64,000 bases of DNA from Octopus vulgaris. Its lineage: Eukaryota. A program made the translations under genes and the position numbers. Below the pieces are notes generated by a model, which was given only the letters and a program-made list of their open reading frames with translations, was not told where the DNA came from and searched no databases. Numbering within the stretch: position 1 is the stretch's first letter; each line of letters begins with the position of its first letter. The DNA lies in the NCBI GenBank assembly GCA_951406725.2, contig OX597828.1, positions 49,290,001 to 49,354,000 on the forward strand. Direction: 5' to 3'. This document shows positions 50,954 to 63,886 of the stretch, piece after piece.

Positions 50954-51411
50954 GGACATTAAAAGAAAGGAAAAAGAAAAGAAATAGAGGGAGAAAGAGA
51001 GGTAGAGGGGGAGAGAGAGAGAGAGAGAGAGAAAGAGCATAATAGTCAGAGAAACAGACAGGAAGGTCATGTGTGTTACACATCGCACCTCATGTTTTCT
51101 ATTATATATTATTGCAGCTTTAATCAAATTTCATGAGAATTTATCAAGTTATTTCTATCTTCTCCTCCTCTCTAATAACACCTCTCTCTCATTTACCATA
51201 TTAATACTACTAGCACCACTCTTGGTGGTTCTCCAGTTCATTCTCATATATTCCTGTTTGAATGCTAGTTTGAATGTCTTTCACATCATTATGTACATCA
51301 TAGCCACTTGGCTTCTTAAGTCTTTAGATGTCCAAGAGTTATGCTGCTCTGTTGCAGAGGTTAGCATAGCTAAACAATTTACAGCACAAGTGGTTTTTGA
51401 TGCTGCCAAGT

Positions 51412-51560
51412 CAGTGGTTCTCAAACAGGGTTCATATGACTTTTAGGGGTCCCTATAAGATTTTGTTGTAAAAATTTATATGCAATAAACTGGTTGTATT
51501 TCTACAAGGCACCAAATATTTCAACAATTGTTTTTAATACAAACTCCTAATAATGTTTAA
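51412..51560. mobile_element. Left part of a hAT-type MITE
   Basis: cagtggttctcaaac...aagattttgttgt.aaaa shared with 55095. Confidence 0.6.
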
Positions 51561-51593
51561 CTGGAGCAACTTATTCTCTGTGTGGGGGGTGGG

Positions 51594-51731
51594 TTTTTTT
51601 TAATAAATGAAGAAAGAGAGGGTGAGATGTCCTGGTGAAAACAGGCAGCACATTATCATCATTTTTTTAATAAATGAAGAAGAAAGAGAGGGTGAGATGT
51701 CCTGGTGAAAACAGGTACACATTATCATCAT
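51594..51731. repeat. Tandem duplication (~68 bp x2)
   Basis: taataaatgaagaa..gagagggtgagatgtcctggtgaaaacagg..cacattatcatca twice. Confidence 0.9.
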
Positions 51732-52105
51732 TTAACATCTGTTGTCCAGGCTGGCATGGGTTGGACAGTTTGACCAGGCTGGCACACTGGAAGGCTTACA
51801 TCAGACTCCAGTCATGGTTTTCTATGAGTGGATGCTCTTCCTAACACCAACCACTCTGAGAGAGTAATGGGTGCGTTTACATACCACCAGCACGGGTGCC
51901 ATTTGCATGACACCTGAATGCTTTTACATGCCACCAGCATGGGTGCCAATTTGTGTGACACTGGTATGTGCCACATCTGCAATTTTGCTCGGCTTCATGG
52001 ATCTTCTCCTCAAGCACAACATAATGCTAAAAGTCTTGGTCATTGTCTCCGTGAGGCCCAACACTCAAAATGAACTCGGCTACTTTACCTCCATGAGGCC
52101 CAATG
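51722..52105 (-). mobile_element. Family E, long diverged copy
   Basis: gctggcatgggttggacagttt...ttcctaacaccaaccactctgagag...gtgaggcccaa. Confidence 0.7.
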
Positions 52106-52589
52106 CGATATATATATATATCTACAGAAGTTCCTAATATGATAATCCAGGCTTACTTGGAAGAAACACAGTAACCAATGGCTTACAGTCAGAAAACACA
52201 ACAGACAATTCAAACACCCAGTTGCCTGACTACTACTGCTGCTGTTTAGCTTTCAATGAAAGCTGAATCAATAATATTAAGTAGCTGGAAGATTAAAGGA
52301 CTTAGGAATTATCAATCCAGAGAATGTAAATCCATAATTCCTTGCAGTGGCATTATTCCTACCCCACCCTACCCTCAACATCATCTCTCTTTCTCTTTCT
52401 CTGTAGGCAATATAGTTCTACCTGCCTCAGTTCAACACAGGAAATTCTCCACTGATAGACCAAATCTTATCCAGTAGGAACTGTGTCTCACATCTGTTTG
52501 ATATTGTGAGTGAGGAAACAAAAAAATTTCAGATAATGTCCTCTTGTACTCTTTAGCAACGCTCCTTTGTATTAGTTAACAATGTCTCT

Positions 52590-52855
52590 TCCTCATATTT
52601 TGAGTTCAAATCCTGCTGGAGCCATTGTTTAAGAGCTGATGAAATCAAACTGTCAAGGTATCGGTCACTCCCCAACAGGTTTATGGTCGAGCCTATGGTA
52701 GTTGAGACCTTTGGACCAGAACTTTGCTCACTGCTATTGGGGTGGAGATTGCTGTCCGCAAATGCGAGGCCCTGCGAGTCAGAGTGGCTGTTCCAGTGCA
52801 TCTCCCTCGCCATCCTCCAGGACAGCGTCTTTTCCATTTTGTCTGCTGGTGTCGT
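52590..52855 (+). mobile_element. Degenerate 3' end of a CRE-like (restriction-like endonuclease) non-LTR retrotransposon
   Basis: Frameshifted translation RADEIKLSRYRSLPNRFMVEPMVVETFG / LLTAIGVEIAVRKCE / ESEWLFQCISLAILQDSVFSIL resembles E..K..KY..L..F.P.AVET.G...FQRISLAI.RGNA.SI (from memory). Confidence 0.65.
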
Positions 52856-53854
52856 GAGGTATGTTTCTATATTGTGAGAGGCATTTATAGGCAGAAAAGT
52901 TGGTGAACAAGAGAATGGTAAATGAATTGTCAGACAAGAATAGTTACACACACAAAATCAATAATAACAATAATATACTAAGGATGATATAAGTAACACT
53001 ACTTCCACCCTTCCTCCTTCCCTCCTCCTCCTACATGTGTGTGGGTAGCATGGTGGAGGCAGTGGAGGTGATGGAGTGACAGAGATGGTGGCGCAGCAGA
53101 ATATAATTAATAACTTGCAGTATTTCATTACATCTTGTTATGTTCGGAGTTCAAATCCTGATGACCCCATATGCTTCTGGCTCAACTAGTAGCACTTGCA
53201 TGTGCAAGCTGTTTGCAAAACATCATGGTCAACTTTACCTCTTTTTGTTCAGGGGTTAGTAGCAGTTATGTACTGGGGTCAATATATATTTACAATAGTT
53301 AACTGCACCATCTGTACCCCCACTCCACTGTCAACCATTTGCTAATCTCACTACCTGAGCAGATCTCACTACCAAGTGAAAGAAAGCAACTACCACATCA
53401 TCGTAATCATCAGGGTCCATTTATTTATGTTAAGCTTGGACCCTAAAGGGACCCCAATAACAAGTGAAAGCAATGACAACTCCATCTTCTGAGTTCTCTC
53501 CTCTGACACCAAAAGTGGGGATAACTGAGATGACACAGCAACAGAGAGGTGAAAAACACAAAATGAGAAAGAATTTAATTAAATATTCAATGATGATAAA
53601 AACTAATCAATTTTCTGGCTGACTTTGTTTCATTGGAATATCTTAGCGAACATTGAGACAGACTTAATTGGACACTTCACTGAATCTAAGAGAGAAACGA
53701 GGATTTAGTGATAAATCTAGAAAGTTTTTTTATTAAAAAGAACATAAAAAAAAACAGTTAGAGAGGGAAAAGGTGAAGAAGAGAATGAAAGTGAAAGAAA
53801 CAGATAAATAAGAAAAGAATAACGGAAAAAGACAAGTATGTATACTAATATATA

Positions 53855-53940
<86 letters not shown>

Positions 53941-54574
53941 TGCATGTATATGTGTATGTATACACTATGTGAGAGCGCGTGTGGGTGTGTGTATAATTAT
54001 ATATATGAAATAATCTTTGTCTAAGTAGTAAGTAGAAATGGTAAATGAGAATTCTGGCAGTTTTAAAGATAACCAATAATATAATCAAAATGCCTCCAAC
54101 ATTTTATATTGCAAAATATAAATATAAATTTTAAAAAAATAAAAGTTGCTTTTTTTTTTCTTTTGTTTCTAATTAATGTTTCGTCATCATAAACTTAATT
54201 AAATCGGCCAGGACAATTCCCTTCATTTGCTTTTATTTCTTTTTTTTTTTTTCAAATTAAAAAAAAAAAAAAAGTATGAGAGGAGGGAAGGGGTGGGGGT
54301 CAATCTTCCCTCTCATCCCTACCCCCAGCTGCTTGTTTGTTGTTTTTTTTTTTAATAGTTTTGGGGTTTTTTTGTTGCTGGTTTTCCTTTTCTTTTTTTT
54401 ATTAATTAAGTGTTAAGTTTCTTTGGAGACAAATTCAATTTGGACACAAGATATGATAAAGATATTTATTCCATTATGGCAAACACCATTTAGAAATTAT
54501 CAGCATTTCTCTCCCACCTCTCTCCCCTCCCGATTACCACCATCACCAGTTTAATTACTAACAGTGTAAAAGGG

Positions 54575-55083
54575 ACAACATGGTTTAAATAGGTGGGGGG
54601 TGATGAAGGGGACAGTTTAAGTTGTGAGGGGAGAGTTTAAATTGAGAGTGCAGGCAGTATAAATAGATGAAAGAGGCAGGGGGAGCAATTTAAATAGATG
54701 AGAGAAGGGAACAGTTTATACAGATGCAAGAAGGGGACAGTTTAGATAAGGAAATAGTTTAAATAGATGTGAGAAGGAGACAGTTTATACAGATGTGAGA
54801 AGGGGACAGTTTAGATAAGGAAATAGTTTAAATAGATGTGAGAAGGAGACAGTTTATACAGATGCAAGAAGGGGACAGTTTAGATAAGGAAATAGTTTAA
54901 ATAGATGTGAGAAGGGGACAGTTTATACAGATGCAAGAAGGGGACAGTTTAGATAAGGAAATAGTTTAAATAGATGTGAGAAGGGGACAGTTTATACAGA
55001 TGCAAGAAGGGCACAGCTTAAATAAGGAAATAGTTTAAATAGATGTGAGAAGGGGACAGTTTATACAGATGCGAGAAGGGGAC
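54575..55083. repeat. Minisatellite with ~69-bp higher-order unit built from ~27-bp monomers
   Basis: gaaatagtttaaatagatg recurs at 54751, 54820, 54889, 54958 and ~55028. Confidence 0.92.
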
Positions 55084-55094
55084 TGGTTTTAAAT

Positions 55095-55984
55095 CAGTGG
55101 TTTCCAACCAAGGTCCATGCAAGATTTTGTTGTTAAAAATCACGAGAAACATATTGGTTATACTTAATACACAAAATATTTTAACAACAAATACACATAT
55201 TTGATCTTCACTTCAGCATTATTATTATTATTATTATTATTTGTTTATTTGTCATCACACATTCTGTGACCTCCTCAATATCTATCTGTTCTTCTCTGTG
55301 TCTCTTCTTCTCTCTCGTCTTGTCCTGTCTCCTGAGACGAGAGAACTCTGACAAATAAACTAATAATAAAGCTAAAATGAAGATCAAATAAACAGTGCAC
55401 GTGTCTTTATTGGCAAAATGACCGTCCCCAAATATAACAATATTTCACTTCAAGAATCTGGCAACACAAATACATAAAATGCAATTTTAACAATTTTTCT
55501 TAACACAATTCTTTTATTCTTTTACTTGTTTCAGTTATTTGACTGCAGCCATGCTGGAGCACTGCCTTCAAGGGTTTTTTAGTGGAAGAAACTGACTAGT
55601 ACTTATTTCATCAGTCACTTTTACAGGGACGTAAACACATCAACGTTGGTTGTCAAGTGATGGAGAGTGGGCAAACAGACACACAGACCTAAACACACAA
55701 ACACATATATATATGTATAAACACACACACACTCACACAACAGGCTTCTTTCAGTTTCCGTCTGCCAAATCCAGTCATGAAGCTTTGGTCGGCCTGAGAC
55801 TATAAAAGAAGACACATGCCCAAGGTGTCATGCAGTGGGACTGAACCCGGGACCATGTGGTTGGGAAGCAAACTTCTTTACTACACAGCCACACCAATAG
55901 GATTTTTTTAAAACATCAAATGCCTGTGTGGGTCCAGCAGAGTAGAATAGGAATCAATGGTTAAAAAAATAGTTGGGAACCACT
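55095..55984. mobile_element. hAT-type MITE with nested insertions including family A (-, 55513-55895)
   Basis: Ends cagtggtttccaac / gttgggaaccact; right TSD not visible. Confidence 0.6.
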
Positions 55985-56207
55985 CCTTTAGTATTTAAAC
56001 TGGCCATATCCAGCCAAAACATTCTGCTTGCTCTATGTTCAGGCTGGCCACAACTGGCCTTTCACACCTACCCTACAACGTGATGCTAAAAATAAAGAAT
56101 TACACCAACAAAATCTCAAAGCTACAAAGTAATGCATGATTAATTCAGAACAACATGAACAGACAAGCATTATATTTGAGAGAATTATGTGAATGCTAAA
56201 GGGTTAA
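55985..56207. mobile_element. piggyBac-type MITE
   Basis: cctttagtatttaaactggccatatcc ... aatgctaaaggg-TTAA. Confidence 0.8.
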
Positions 56208-56261
56208 AAAGATGAGTAAATGCATCAGTTTAAATTCATGTGAAGGGGAGGACTGTTTAAA

Positions 56262-56506
56262 TAGGGCTGTGGAGTCGGAGTTGTGGAGTCATCAGAAACA
56301 ATACCAACTCCGACTCGTAATGTCTTTATTCTTTGATATAATGAACCAGTTATAACATAGAGGCTTATCCAAAGTACAAGTGCATGCATATGCTTTATGA
56401 GATATGTAGACCACAATCAGTTATTACATAAAGAAGAGTCGGAGTCAGAGGTGCCAATAGTAGAGGAGTTGGAGTCAAAGTTTTCTGTTTTGACTCCAGA
56501 GTCCTG
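56262..56506. mobile_element. MITE with GGAGTC subterminal repeats
   Basis: Ends tagggctgtggagtc / gactccagagtcctg; several ggagtc and gactcc motifs; no clear TSD. Confidence 0.55.
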
Positions 56507-57072
56507 GCAAAGAGGAGAATAATGTCAACAATAATCTGATGATGGCAACAATAGTCATGGACATTGCTTAATGGGAGGTGAACCATGGAACAACAACAGT
56601 TCTAAGAGGAAGTTGTTACACTTCTTAGAACAATTGTTAAAGGCTAATTGATTAGCCTTTAAACTGGCCATACCCGGCCCAAATATTCTTCTTGCTTCAT
56701 GTCCAAATCAGCCACCCAACAATGTCATTCCTGAAGTAAAGAGTCACATCACTGAAATGATAAAGCTTACAAGACCATGCAGGGGTAATTGAAAATAATG
56801 TAAATATATATATAGGTGCAGGAGTGGCTGTGTGGTAAGTAACAATGGCTAATTAGAAAAGTGTAGAAGTAAGAATTATCAAGGTATGGAAGGTTGTTGA
56901 CAGGAAGAGCATCCAGCCACAGAAACCAGGCTAAGTGACATGTATGAACATCAGTCTTAAGGAACAGCAGCTCCCTATAAGAAAAGGGATTGTGATGAGC
57001 AGTCCAACTCATTCCAGCATGGAACGCACACAAAATAACAATGATGATGACAATGATGATGATGCATAAATA

Positions 57073-57283
57073 CAAGGGGCTGTTGAAAAGTCCCTGGATT
57101 TGGGTGAAAGAAAGTACAGGAGGATCAGTTAATTATGATTTTATTCAACATATTCCTCTTTCAGGTTCAGACAATTCAGTGGTCCACGGCCTTTCTAAGT
57201 CCTGTAAAAGAACTCGGAAGGCTGGACCCCATCTAGGTCTTTCGTGATACCCTTAGAGCCAGGAACTTTACAGCATCCCATTG
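57073..57283. mobile_element. Tc1/mariner-type MITE
   Basis: TA-caaggggctgttgaaaagtccctgg and ccaggaactttacagcatcccattg are complementary at 20 of 25 positions. Confidence 0.65.
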
Positions 57284-57447
57284 TGTGTGTGCATGTGCAT
57301 GCATATGCAACTCATGCCTGCATAGAAAAGCAGATCATGAAGATGGTGATGATGATGTAAAGGAGGGGCCGTCACAGTCTTTAACGGTGTCCATAAAGTG
57401 TGCAGTTTAACATGAATGTGACATTATTGTTAATTTAATTAACTAAA

Positions 57448-57540
57448 GAGGAGGGAGGGCTGGAGGTGGAGAGGAGGGAGCTGGAGGTGGAGAGGAGGGA
57501 GAGCTGGAGGTGGAGAGGAGGGAGGGCTGGAGGTGGAGAG
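57448..57540. repeat. G-rich ~24-bp tandem repeat (4 units)
   Basis: gaggagggag(a/g)gctggaggtgga repeated. Confidence 0.88.
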
Positions 57541-58003
57541 CAAGCAGGTGAGGGAACGGCAATGATATGAATGAAAAACCAAGTGTGTCCTTGACGTTCT
57601 AGACAGTTCGGTAGAGTCAACGCCCACCTCCCCTTCGCACCGAAACTACATTCAGGTCATTGACATACGAAGGAGGAGGCAGAGGTGTGGGGGAGTGGGG
57701 CAGATACTCCCCCCCACCAAACTTTGGGTGCACACCAGAGCAAATGTGCAACAAAGAGAGAGAGAGAGAGAGAGAGATAGCTGCATCAGCACACAGCCTG
57801 AAAATGCAGTTTGGCAGGAAGCCAACGACTGATGCAAGTGTGCAGCTATATACACACACGTGTGTGTATATTTAGGCACAAAAACAACAGCAGCAGTAGC
57901 AGCGGCAGCAGCAAAAGTGTCAGCATTACCTGTAGAGAAGTACAAGTTGCATGACAGTTTTATTTTCCAACTAAATAATAAAATACAAGTTCAATACATA
58001 ACC

Positions 58004-58057
<54 letters not shown>

Positions 58058-58398
58058 GTTCACTTATTCAAGCCACCACATGCACATTACACACACATTT
58101 AATTATCAAAAAGGAGAAAAAGGAACACATGTTAAATAATATATGCTTAGATACGCTGTCTGAATAAAAGAAGGGATGGTTATGGCTGGAATGGTTGGAC
58201 CATCATGGACCAGCACTGACCAGAGGTTAAATAAAACCTAAATTTTATACAAGATATATACACATGTATATATTGTGGCTAACATAATATACTAATATAT
58301 ATTCTGTAATATATAATCAAAATATCACTATATAATCTGAAGTGTATACCCTAAGAGCTATGGTATATAGCTCTATCATATGTGTATGTGGGGAGGCG

Positions 58399-58586
58399 CA
58401 ACCGATGCTGGTGTGTTTACATCCCTGTAACTTAGCAGTTCGGCAAAAGAGACCAACAGAATAAGTACTAGGCTTACAAAGAATAAGTCCTGGGGTCGAT
58501 TTGCTTGGCTAAAGGTGGTGCTCCAGAATGGCCACAGTTAAATGGCTGAATACAAGTAAAAGAGTAAAGAGAGTAAAAAGAGAGAG
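58399..58586 (+). mobile_element. SINE family A, 3' half
   Basis: caaccgatgctggtgtgtttac...caagtaaaagagtaaagag. Confidence 0.85.
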
Positions 58587-59091
58587 TAGTTGAATATACT
58601 ATTAATCTAAGACTGGAATAGCATCGGAAAATGGCGATATACACACACACGCATGTGTGTGTGTGTGTCATCGTCATCATTTAATGCTTATTTTCAATGA
58701 TGCCATTGATGAAATAAAGTGTCTTGCTCAAGAATACAACACACAATCCAGTCTGGGAATCGAAATCACTACCTCATGTTTGTGACCCCCAACGCTCTAA
58801 GCACTGAGCCATGCACCTTCACCACTAACACCCAGATTACACTAATATACTACTACAACAGTAAGATGTGATGTGGAAGATAAAGTTTTACTGGAAAATA
58901 TTTCAACTTTTCACCTGTTTCATAACAGAATATCCTTAATGAAAACTAATTAATATGTATTAGTGCAGCTTAATTAGAAAGTATTGAACTTTAGCCCTGC
59001 CTCTCCATAGATAGTCTATCCAGAGTACACTGAACCTAAAAGTCACCATCATCATCATTTGTCTGTCTTCCATGCTGTTATGGTTTGAACA

Positions 59092-59400
59092 TGAAGGTGT
59101 GTGGCTTGGTGGTTAGGGTATTCGGCTCACGATCATAAGGTCAGGAGTTCAATTCCTGGCGACACATTTTGCGCTCTTGATAAAAACACTTTATTTGTTG
59201 TTGCTCCACTCCACTCAGCTGACAAAAATGAGTAGTACCTGTATTTCAAAGGGCCAGCCTTGTCACACTTTGTGTCATGCTGAATCTCACTGAGTTTGAA
59301 CATTGTGGAGTGCTCGGCCACTTGCATACTAATTTCACAAGCAGGCTGTTTTGTAGTCTGGATCGACTGGATCCCTTGTCATCATGACCAACAGACTGCC
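59092..59400 (+). mobile_element. Hybrid SINE: family D head and body with family C tail
   Basis: gtggcttggtggttaggg...cactttattt...cactcagct then gtacctgtatttcaaagggccagccttgtcac...gtggagtgctcggccactt, as in the 21518 tail. Confidence 0.78.
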
Positions 59401-59439
59401 AGCATTTAGGGCTATTCAACGTTATACATATTAATTATA

Positions 59440-59673
59440 AAGGCGGCGAGCTGGCAGAAACGTTAGCATGCCGGGCGAAATGCTTAGCGGTATTTCGTCT
59501 GCGTTACGTTGTGAGTTCAAATTCCGCCGAGGTCGACTTTGCCTTTCATCCTTTCAGGGTCGATAAATTAAGTACCAGTTACGAACTGGGGTCGATGTAA
59601 TCGACTTAACACCTATGTCTGTCCTTGTTTGTTCCCTCTGTGTTTAGCCCCTTGTGGGTAATAAAGAAATAGG
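59440..59673 (+). mobile_element. SINE family B, young long-tail copy
   Basis: aggcggcgagctggcagaaacg...ccccttgtgggtaataaagaaatagg; CpGs intact. Confidence 0.92.
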
Positions 59674-60129
59674 TTTGACAGGATTTGATGAGTCAGAGGA
59701 CTGTACAATGTTCCAATGTCTACTTTGGAATGGTTTCTACAGCCAGGTGCCCTTCCCTTCCTAATGCCAACCACTACACACAATGGACTGGATTTCCATT
59801 TGTGACACTAGCATGAGTGATGATTGCCTTGTAACAGCTAAGGCCTTGAAGTGGCTCCTATAATAAGGAGGAGAACAGAAGAGAGAGCGACTGCTGATCC
59901 TAGGTTGGGAAGGAACAAGGGTATGATAAGGGGAAACTGGGGGAGTATGGCAGGGAACAGAGAAAAGTGACAGAGTTGAGAAAAAGGGAGAGATAGATTT
60001 AGAAAGGTGATAGGATGGGTTACATAAGAGTGGGGCAAAGATTTAGGGCTATTCAACGTTATAAGGAGCAAATTTGGAGGTGTGAGGGGAAGGGGGAAAG
60101 AAGGGAATGCAGCAGACTAGGGTGTAGAG

Positions 60130-60377
60130 CAGCGTTTCTCAACAGGGGTTCCCCTGAAACTCTAGGGTTCTGCAAAAGGTTCCTAGGGGTTCCGCAAGAA
60201 AGAATGAGATAAGCTAATGCTAATTTCATGATTGTAATATATATATATTTACCACATGAACTATGATGAAAAAATATGAGAAAGATATGGTATATAATTT
60301 TTTTTTGCGCAGGGGTTTCTTGAGATATGTAATTTATTTTAAGGGTTACACAAGAGTAAAACGGTTGAGAAATACTG
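60130..60377. mobile_element. hAT (Charlie-type) MITE
   Basis: TIRs cagcgtttctcaac / gttgagaaatactg; TSD gtgtagag / atgtagag (7 of 8). Confidence 0.85.
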
Positions 60378-60993
60378 ATGTAGAGGAATCCTAAGGGAGT
60401 TACTGAGAGTATCTCACCATAGCTAATGGCAACACAGAAGTATTTAATATAGCAGTATTAAGTACCATTACCCCAAGCTCTACATGAGGGCCCTGAATAT
60501 CTCACAGCATAAGTACAAGACCAAAGAAAAGATTTATGGACACATTCTACTCACCTTTACCATTATTGCTCAATGCCAAGAAGTAGGAGGCTTTGTTAGC
60601 CGTTGCTATTGTGCTTAGACACCAAGTCATGTCAGATGTTATATTTCCAGAGACTTTTGCATCCTAAAACAGGACAAAGACCACCTGACTCCTCAATTTT
60701 TTAACAGAGACAGAGAATATGATGCTGAGGATCTACCAAAGCTAACGGCTGGGATTCCTGGAGTCACATTGTGAGGTGCATCTCAGTAGGCTGCAGTAGG
60801 CTGCAATCTAGAGACCTTGACGAAGCTGTTTTGATAACATTACCCGTCAAGTGCTATTATCACTACAACAGTCGGATTTCATAAAGTACTTTTAACTGTG
60901 AAGTACTACTAAAGTACTTTACAGTAAATTTTAGTTATATACTAGTAGTTAAGCACCTACTACAGTCAGTCTTTATACAATATTACTAGTTAT

Positions 60994-61050
60994 CTACTAC
61001 TACCACCACCACCACTACCACTACTACTACCACTACTACTACCACTACTA

Positions 61051-61096
<46 letters not shown>
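60994..61096. repeat. (CTA)n/(CCA)n trinucleotide microsatellite
   Basis: Direct reading. Confidence 0.95.
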
Positions 61097-61212
61097 AGCT
61101 AGTACTTTTTTATGGAGAAGAATATATATTTAGCTGTTGCCTCTGTATACTGAAACTATTTCATATTATTCTCAGAAAGACAGGCAGGCATACAGACAGA
61201 CAGTCATGCAAA

Positions 61213-61249
<37 letters not shown>

Positions 61250-61466
61250 CAGGCAGATGTGCATGCATATGGACACTTTCAGACAGACAACTACCATATA
61301 ACATGTTGATCAGTTTATCCAACAGCATGAATTAGCCATTAACACCACCACCACAAACTACTGCTAGTGTCATCACTACCATTGCGACAACTAGTACCGC
61401 CACCGTCATCATCACTAATATCACCGTAACTGCTACTATAATTATTATCACCACCGCCACCATTCT

Positions 61467-61504
<38 letters not shown>

Positions 61505-61644
61505 GCACCCCTGCTATGATTAGCCTGTAAACAATATCTATGAGAAAAGAGGAGGGTGTGGTTGGTTCTAACATCTATTCCATTAAAGATTTAAAGTGAA
61601 AGCTAGTGTGTGTGAGAAAGAGAGAGAGTGAGTGAGTGAGTGTC

Positions 61645-61935
61645 TGTGTGTGTGTATATATATATATACACACACACATATAAACACACACACACACACA
61701 CACATATATACACACACACACACATAAACACACACACACACACACATATAAACACACACACACACACATATAAACACACACACACACACATAAACACACA
61801 CACACATATAAACACACACACACACACACACACACATATAAACACATGCACACACACATAAACACACACACATAAACACACACACACACACACACACATA
61901 TATACACACATATATATATACATACACACATATAG
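61645..61935. repeat. Compound (CA)n-TATAAA microsatellite array
   Basis: (ca)n runs punctuated by tataaa or taaa. Confidence 0.92.
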
Positions 61936-62212
61936 AGTGTGGGGAGTGTATGTGTGTGTAAATAAGTGAAGACTAGCGTGTAGATATATGTTGTTATGTG
62001 CTGGTATATGTAAATGAATGTATGCAGGTGTGTGTGTGTGTGTGTGTGTACAGGTTACATGTGTGCGTCTTTAATATAAAAACAACAACAACAAAAAAAG
62101 CGAAACAGTATATCATAGCTATGTTTGGATAGCTGTTAATTAACTGGTTGTTTGTTATGTTACTAATGATGGTGCGGGGTGGAAGGAGAGTGGGGTGTAG
62201 GAACTCCTGCCT

Positions 62213-62243
<31 letters not shown>

Positions 62244-62764
62244 TCCCCTCCAGACAAACTTTAAAAGCTTTTTCCTTTCTTCAACAGAATTTTCTTTGAT
62301 TGAACATCTAATATGAAGTCCATTGGTAATTATATATAGATTCTTAATTAGGTCTTTGTTTTAACGAGATATATTTGAAAATATCTCTTTCTTATGAAAA
62401 TACTGCGTATTTTATTTCATTTACCAAACAGATAGACACACGCTTACGAGAACACACACACGTGCGCACACACGCAAGAATACACACATCTGTCTCATCT
62501 CATAAATACACTATATTTAATTAAGACATTTGGATTAAGATAACAACGAATGAAGAAAACAATGAGAACTTAACGAGCCTTCCCCATTAGTGTATTACTG
62601 CTATCTGGTTTATTGAAAAAAATAACAAAATCAATTGTAATACTATATAAGATTTAAATGGGCCAATGAAGCAACTTCTATTCTAGGGGTTTGGTGCCAA
62701 CAAGGGGTTCTCTGCAAGTAAGGGACATTTTCTAAAAAATTTTCGAATTTAACTCTTTTTACAG

Positions 62765-63170
62765 TTAATCTTTTAGCATTTAAACCGGTCATATCCGGTC
62801 CAAATATTCTACTTCAAACTGACCAAACCCAGCATCTCACACCTCTCACACCTATCCTACAATGTCGTTTTAAAAATAAACAATCACATCTTTGAAATCT
62901 CTAAGTTACAAAATAATTAATTTTTAAAAACATGGATAAACAAGTCACACGCATTTGACAGAGTAATTTGAATACTAAAGGGTTAAACCACCCATATCTG
63001 GCCCAAATACATTCTACTTGTTCTATGTTCAAAGTAGCCAGATCTGGTCTCTCACACCTACCCTACAATGTTATTCTAAAAATATACAATCACATCATCA
63101 AAATCTTGAAGCTATGAGAAAACGCTGTGTTAATTCAAAACAATGTGAATAAATAGGGATTACATTTGAC
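62765..63170. mobile_element. Two tandem piggyBac-type MITEs joined at TTAA (62983-62986)
   Basis: TTAA-tcttttagcatttaaaccgg...ctaaaggg-TTAA, then a second copy lacking both ends. Confidence 0.8.
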
Positions 63171-63465
63171 AATGCCAATCACTCCGAGAGTGCAGTGGGT
63201 GCTTTTTATGTGCCACAGGCACAGGAGCCAGTCAGAGGGCAATGGCACCAACCACATTCGGATGGTGGCACGTAAAAAGTACCAGCCAAACACAGTCGAT
63301 GCCAGTGCCACATAAATGGCACCCACTACACTCTCAGAATGGTTGGTGTTAGGAAAGGCATCCAGCTGTAGAAACCTTGCCAGATCAGACTGGAGCCTGG
63401 TGCAGCCCACTGGCATTGCCAGTCCTCAGTCATAACATCCAACCCATGCCAGCATGGAAAGCAGA
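63171..63465. mobile_element. Head-to-head family E fragments
   Basis: ccaatcactccgagagtgcagtgggtgc (63175-63202) inverted against gcacccactacactctcagaatggttgg (63319-63346). Confidence 0.78.
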
Positions 63466-63886
63466 TACTCTTTTTACTCTTTTACTTGTTTCAGTCATTT
63501 GACTGCGGCCATGCTGGAGCACCGCCTTTAATCGAGCAACTCGACCCCGGGACTTGTTCTTTTGTAAGCCCAGTACTTATTCTATCGGTCTCTTTTGCCG
63601 AACCGCTAAGTAACGGGGACATAAACACACCAACATCGGTTGTCAAGCGATGCTAGGGGGACAAACACAGACACTCAAACATATACACACACATACACAT
63701 ATATATATATATATATACATATATACGACGGGCTTCTTTCAGTTTCCGTCTACCAAATCCACTCACAAGGCTATGGTCGGCCCGAGGCTATAGTAGAAGA
63801 CACTTGCCCAAGGTACCACGCAGTGGGACTGAACCCGGAACCATGTGGTTGGTAAACAAGCTACTTACCACACAGCCACTCCTGTG
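63466..63886 (-). mobile_element. SINE family A, full length, young
   Basis: Near-perfect reverse complement of 8424-8834. Confidence 0.92.

Noticed and set aside
43430-55083. CRISPR-like arrays (43430, 47696, 54700)
   Set aside because: Units are tandem with no unique spacers, the context is eukaryotic, and there are no cas genes.
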